From Hypanus sabinus (lineage: Eukaryota): DNA of 64,000 nucleotides. The first letter of the stretch is position 1; each line of letters starts with the position of its first letter. Location of the stretch: the NCBI RefSeq assembly GCF_030144855.1, contig NC_082715.1:91884001-91948000 (forward strand), written 5' to 3'. A model generated the notes under the pieces. The model was not told the DNA's origin, made no database searches, and was given only the letters and a program-made list of their open reading frames with translations. Shown piece by piece: positions 60,002-64,000 of this stretch. The translations under genes and the position numbers were made by a program.

Positions 60002-60089
60002 CCTATCCTTTGGCAATCATCCTTATTATTTGCTAATCCTCCAATCTTTGTGTTAGCAACAAATTTACTTATTAGACTACAGATACCCC

Positions 60090-60435
60090 ATCCATAAGAT
60101 GTAGGAGCAGAATTGGGCAACTTTGCCCATTGAGTCTGCTCTACCATTTCATCATGGCTGATCCATTTCCCTCACAATTCTAATCTCCTGCCTTTTCCTG
60201 TATTTTTTCATCCCCTGACTAATCAAGAGTCTATCAACCTGTGCCTTAAGTATACCCAATAACTTGGCCTCCACAACCACCTGTGGCAACAAATTCTATA
60301 GATTCACCACATTCTGGCTTAAGAAATTGCTTCTCATCTCCATTCTAAACGGACATCCTTCTATTCTGAGGCTGTGCCCTCTGGTCTTAGACTCCACCAC
60401 CATAGGAAACATCCTCTCCACATCCACTCTATCGA
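60090..60435 (-). mobile_element. CR1 3' fragment
   Basis: Homologous to 8079-8425. Confidence 0.88.
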
Positions 60436-60544
60436 GATCTGCAAGTCTGAAAACAGTGTTGTACTGCTAGGATCAGTCATATATATGAATGACTTGGAAT
60501 GAGTGTTGGGGGCAGAAGTGAGTGTTGTTGCCATTACTATGGAG

Positions 60545-62310
60545 AAGATCAGAATCAGGTTCAAGGTCATTGGCATATGTCGTGAAATTTGTTAACTTGC
60601 AACAATACAATGCAATACATTATAAATATATAGAAAATATTTAGAGAAACAGAATTAATACAAAGTGAGGTAGTGTTTGTGGGTTCAATGTCCATTTTGA
60701 AACTGGATGGCAGAGGGGAAGAAGCTGTTCCTGAATCTCTGAATGTGTGCCTTCAGGCTTCTGTGCATCCTTCCTGACAGGAACAATGAGAAGAGAGCAT
60801 GCCCTGGGTGTCAGGGGTCATTAATGATGGATGCTGCCTTTCTGGGGCACCTGCTCCTTGAAAATATCTTGGATATTACAGAGGCTAGTACCCAGAAAGT
60901 GTTGACTAATTTTGAAACTTTCTGTTGCTCCTTTCAATCCTGTGCAGTAACACCTCCATACCCACCAGCAATATAACCTGTCAGAATGCTCTCCACAGTA
61001 CATCTGTAGAACTTTTTGAGTGTTTTAAGTGACAAACCAAATCTCCTCAAACTCCTTATGAATTATAGCCATTGTCTTGCCTTCTTTATGGCTGCATCGA
61101 TTTGTTGGGACCAGGTTAGATCCTCAGAGATATTGCCAATCAGGAACTTGAAATTGTGCACTCTCTCCAATTCTGATCCCACTATGAGGATTGGTTTGTG
61201 CTCCCTTGTCTTACCCTTCCTGAAGTCCATAATCAGCTCTTTGGTCTTACTGACATTGTGGGCAAGGTTGTTGAGGAGGGAGACGGAGGTGAGGATAAAA
61301 TGTGCTGGGGCATTGTGAGGTGCAAGTTGCTCGAACCAGAGTAGCAGATGGAGGTTGTATCACTGCTGGAGATGGAGTGAGTGATTTGGAGTGTAGTCAA
61401 TGCAGAAGAGTTTTGATGCCCATCCAACTAACCTGGGTGTGCAGCTGGTTTGCTCGAAGCGCAGAGAAAATTGGTGTGATTGAGAATGGCTTCAGGTTAG
61501 GTGGCCAAACATATCAGGACACCTGCATCTATGTCCCAATGTGGCACCACACTATGCTTGGACAATTTAAGTGCCGGTAGAGATAGACTGGAAGCCCGAA
61601 CCCAGAGGCAAGGGGTGGGCTGGTTTTGCTCAGTCTCCTGTGAATGTTCATTTCTTTCTCTGTGGCACCAAGGCTGTGAACAGATCTGGCTGTAGTGTGT
61701 TTCTATCCCACTGGTGTGATGAACTGGGTACTGAGGCTTGGGCCTACTCTAGCTGTTCCAGGAGCAGATCTGGGACTCAGTCTGGTTCAGGATGCTGCTA
61801 GCTTGCTTCTATTGTTTGCATGATGTGTGTTCTTTTTCATTCTCTCTCTCTCTCTTTCTCTGGTTTTAAGCCTTTTTAAAATTTGATTATTCATGTTTCT
61901 TGCTTTGTTGCTGCCTGTAAGCAGACAAATTTCAAAGTATATAACTTGTATATATTGTTTGATAATAAATATGATTCAAATATTGAATATCTCACTCTCG
62001 TGTGTGATTCTGCCAACAATGGTTGTACTATCAGCAAATTTATAGATGGCATTTGAACTATGCCTAGCCACACAGTTATGGATATAGGGAGAGTAGAGCA
62101 TGGGCTAAGTACACATCTGTGGGGAGTGCCAGTGTTGATTGTCAGAGGGGAGGAGATATTGTTATCAGTCTGCACAGATTGTGGTCTTGTGGTTAGGAAG
62201 TAAAGCATCCAATTGCAGAGGGAGGCCCAGGTTCTGTAGCTTTTCGATCAGAACTGTAGGAATGATGGTGTTAAACACTGAGCTATAGTCAATGAACAGC
62301 ATTCTGGCAT
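60545..62310 (-). mobile_element. Rex1/Babar-like LINE interrupted by a + strand retroposon (about 61280-61982)
   Basis: Homologous to 17858-19000; [30 protein letters not shown] in ORF 61891-62208. Confidence 0.8.
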
Positions 62311-63257
62311 AGATGATTGGGAAACTGAAAGAACTGAAGGTAGGTAAGTTACCTGAACAAGATGGACTATGCCCCAGGGTTTTAAAAGAGGTGGCTGAAG
62401 AGATTGTGGAAGAAATAGTGATGACTTGTCAAGAATCTTTAGATTCTGGAAAGGAATGATTCCTGAGGATTTGAAAATTGCAGATGTCATTCCGTTCTTC
62501 AAGAAGAGAAGAAAGGAAATTATATGTCAGTTAGTCTGACTCAGTGGTTAGCTCCTGAGTCGGTGAGTCTAGTTGAACTTTGCTTGCCAGTCATCTATCC
62601 TTGTATCATTGAGTCCATATGAAATTGGAGCAGAGTTAAGCCAATTAGACCACTAAGCATGCTCTTCCAGAGACAAGTTTGTTAACCTGAGAAAGTACAA
62701 AGAGCAGAGAGTCAGCCTTTCAATTACAGAACTATGAAGGTTCTCATTTTCACTTTAACAAATCAATAGAAACCAGAAGATCTAGCAATTCATAAGACTT
62801 AGATCACTTAGCTTTAAGCAGGCTGTAAGAATGCATGTTGAGTTTTTCTGATATGATTACAGGAGCAAATGCTGTAATTGTGAAATATAAGTAATATTAT
62901 CTACAATAATGCAGCCTTTGCATTGTAGTGAACTGGGCCAGAAGATAATCAGCCACAGACTAGGACCAAGAAGGTAAGATATTTTCCTTTACTCTGTGTT
63001 ATTATCAAGAAAAAAGAATCTCTTCTCGGCCCAGGAGGAAAGCGAAGGAGGATACCTTACCACAACTGGGAGGCTCAGGAATTAATTTTAGCATCCACTG
63101 CTACCCTTGTCTTGGAGAGACAAGCTATCTCAGGGAGGTGTACATATCCTCTATTCTTCTCCTTCCATGTAGGAGATTGGATAACAGAACTTACAATGTA
63201 GTCCGGGTGTTCTGGGAAGCTAGGGATGAGTTGGGGTGGAGGTCAGATGGTTCTGAT

Positions 63258-63777
63258 TGTCATGGTCTGGTCTGTTAACTCCTTGTTTCTGTTGATTTCC
63301 TTTTCCCCATGTTTTGTCTGGCTCCTTGATTGAGGCACCTGATTGTCATCTGAGCCGGCAGCATAAAAACTCCGGCTTGCATCTACTCAGGACTAGACCA
63401 TCAGCTCAGCCAGAGCGACAATGTATGTTCTATGCTGCTGAGAATTCTGGACCATCACCTGAGCCTCCGAGGCTGTGCGGCAATGCTCGTTCAGGGCTGC
63501 CAAGAATAGGAACCAACTTCTGAGCTAAGACACAAATTGTCTGTTGTTGTTGGGTTTTCATTTCTTGTATCCAGCTGAGGATTGCTGACCAGTTGCTGCT
63601 CCTCCGAACCAAGATACGAATCGTCTATCTTTGTATGGTGTTGTTGGCTTGGTGTCCAAGTCAAGTCCAAGTCCAGGCTCCGAGTCCAAGTCAACATTCA
63701 AGTTTGCGTAAGAATCCTAACCCACTCTCCGTCCCTGTGTCCTGCACGTGAGTCTGCTCCAGCCATTGATTGCAACA
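63258..63777 (+). mobile_element. Solo LTR (520 bp) with 5-bp TSD
   Basis: TGTCA...CAACA termini and CTGAT at 63253-63257 and 63778-63782. TATA-like CATAAAAA near 63362. It splits a CR1 remnant (..EARDE | EIFVSLLA.DEV.EN*..ANVVP). Confidence 0.85.
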
Positions 63778-64000
63778 CTGATAGAGATTTTTGTGTCACT
63801 TTTAGCCATGGATGAGGTATTAGAAAATTAGAGTGCAGCTAATGTTGTTCCCATATTCAAACAGGTCCACAGGGAAACTACAGCCCAGTAAGACCATATC
63901 AATAAAAGGGAAACTACAGAAAAAGTTCTCAGGAATAGGATTCATGATAATTTAGAAAGGCGGAGACTGATTAAAGGGAGCGAGCATAGATTTAGTGCAT

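Overview
Eukaryotic, AT-rich and CpG-depleted vertebrate genomic DNA. From the repeat landscape it is most likely a cartilaginous fish, probably a ray; this is inferred from recalled family resemblance, not a search. I recognise no host protein-coding gene, rRNA, tRNA gene or CRISPR array. Nearly every meaningful ORF in the track is a decayed transposable-element fragment. Retroelements: CR1 LINEs (several ages, often nested), Rex1/Babar-like LINEs, RTE remnants and RTE-type SINEs, a Nimb/I-like LINE, Penelope-like elements (PLEs, GIY-YIG), Gypsy elements and solo LTRs, V-SINEs and a Deu-domain SINE. DNA transposons: Tc1 derivatives, a full-span Tigger/pogo and a young hAT. The most interesting signal is a dispersed family of PLE terminal repeats. 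Their aligned copies reconstruct a minimal type I hammerhead ribozyme (CAGTC-CTGATGA-A-GGG..CCC-GAAAC-GTC-GACTG), often in short fold-back elements. No copy here is fully intact. Other points of note: a CpG-enriched promoter-like patch near 0.8-1.2 kb, an in-frame gag-integrase mini LTR element, a structured 445-bp insert with a perfect 12-bp target-site duplication (TSD), and two young CpG-rich elements that are horizontal-transfer candidates. Boundaries of decayed repeats are approximate; TSD and terminal inverted repeat (TIR) coordinates were read directly.
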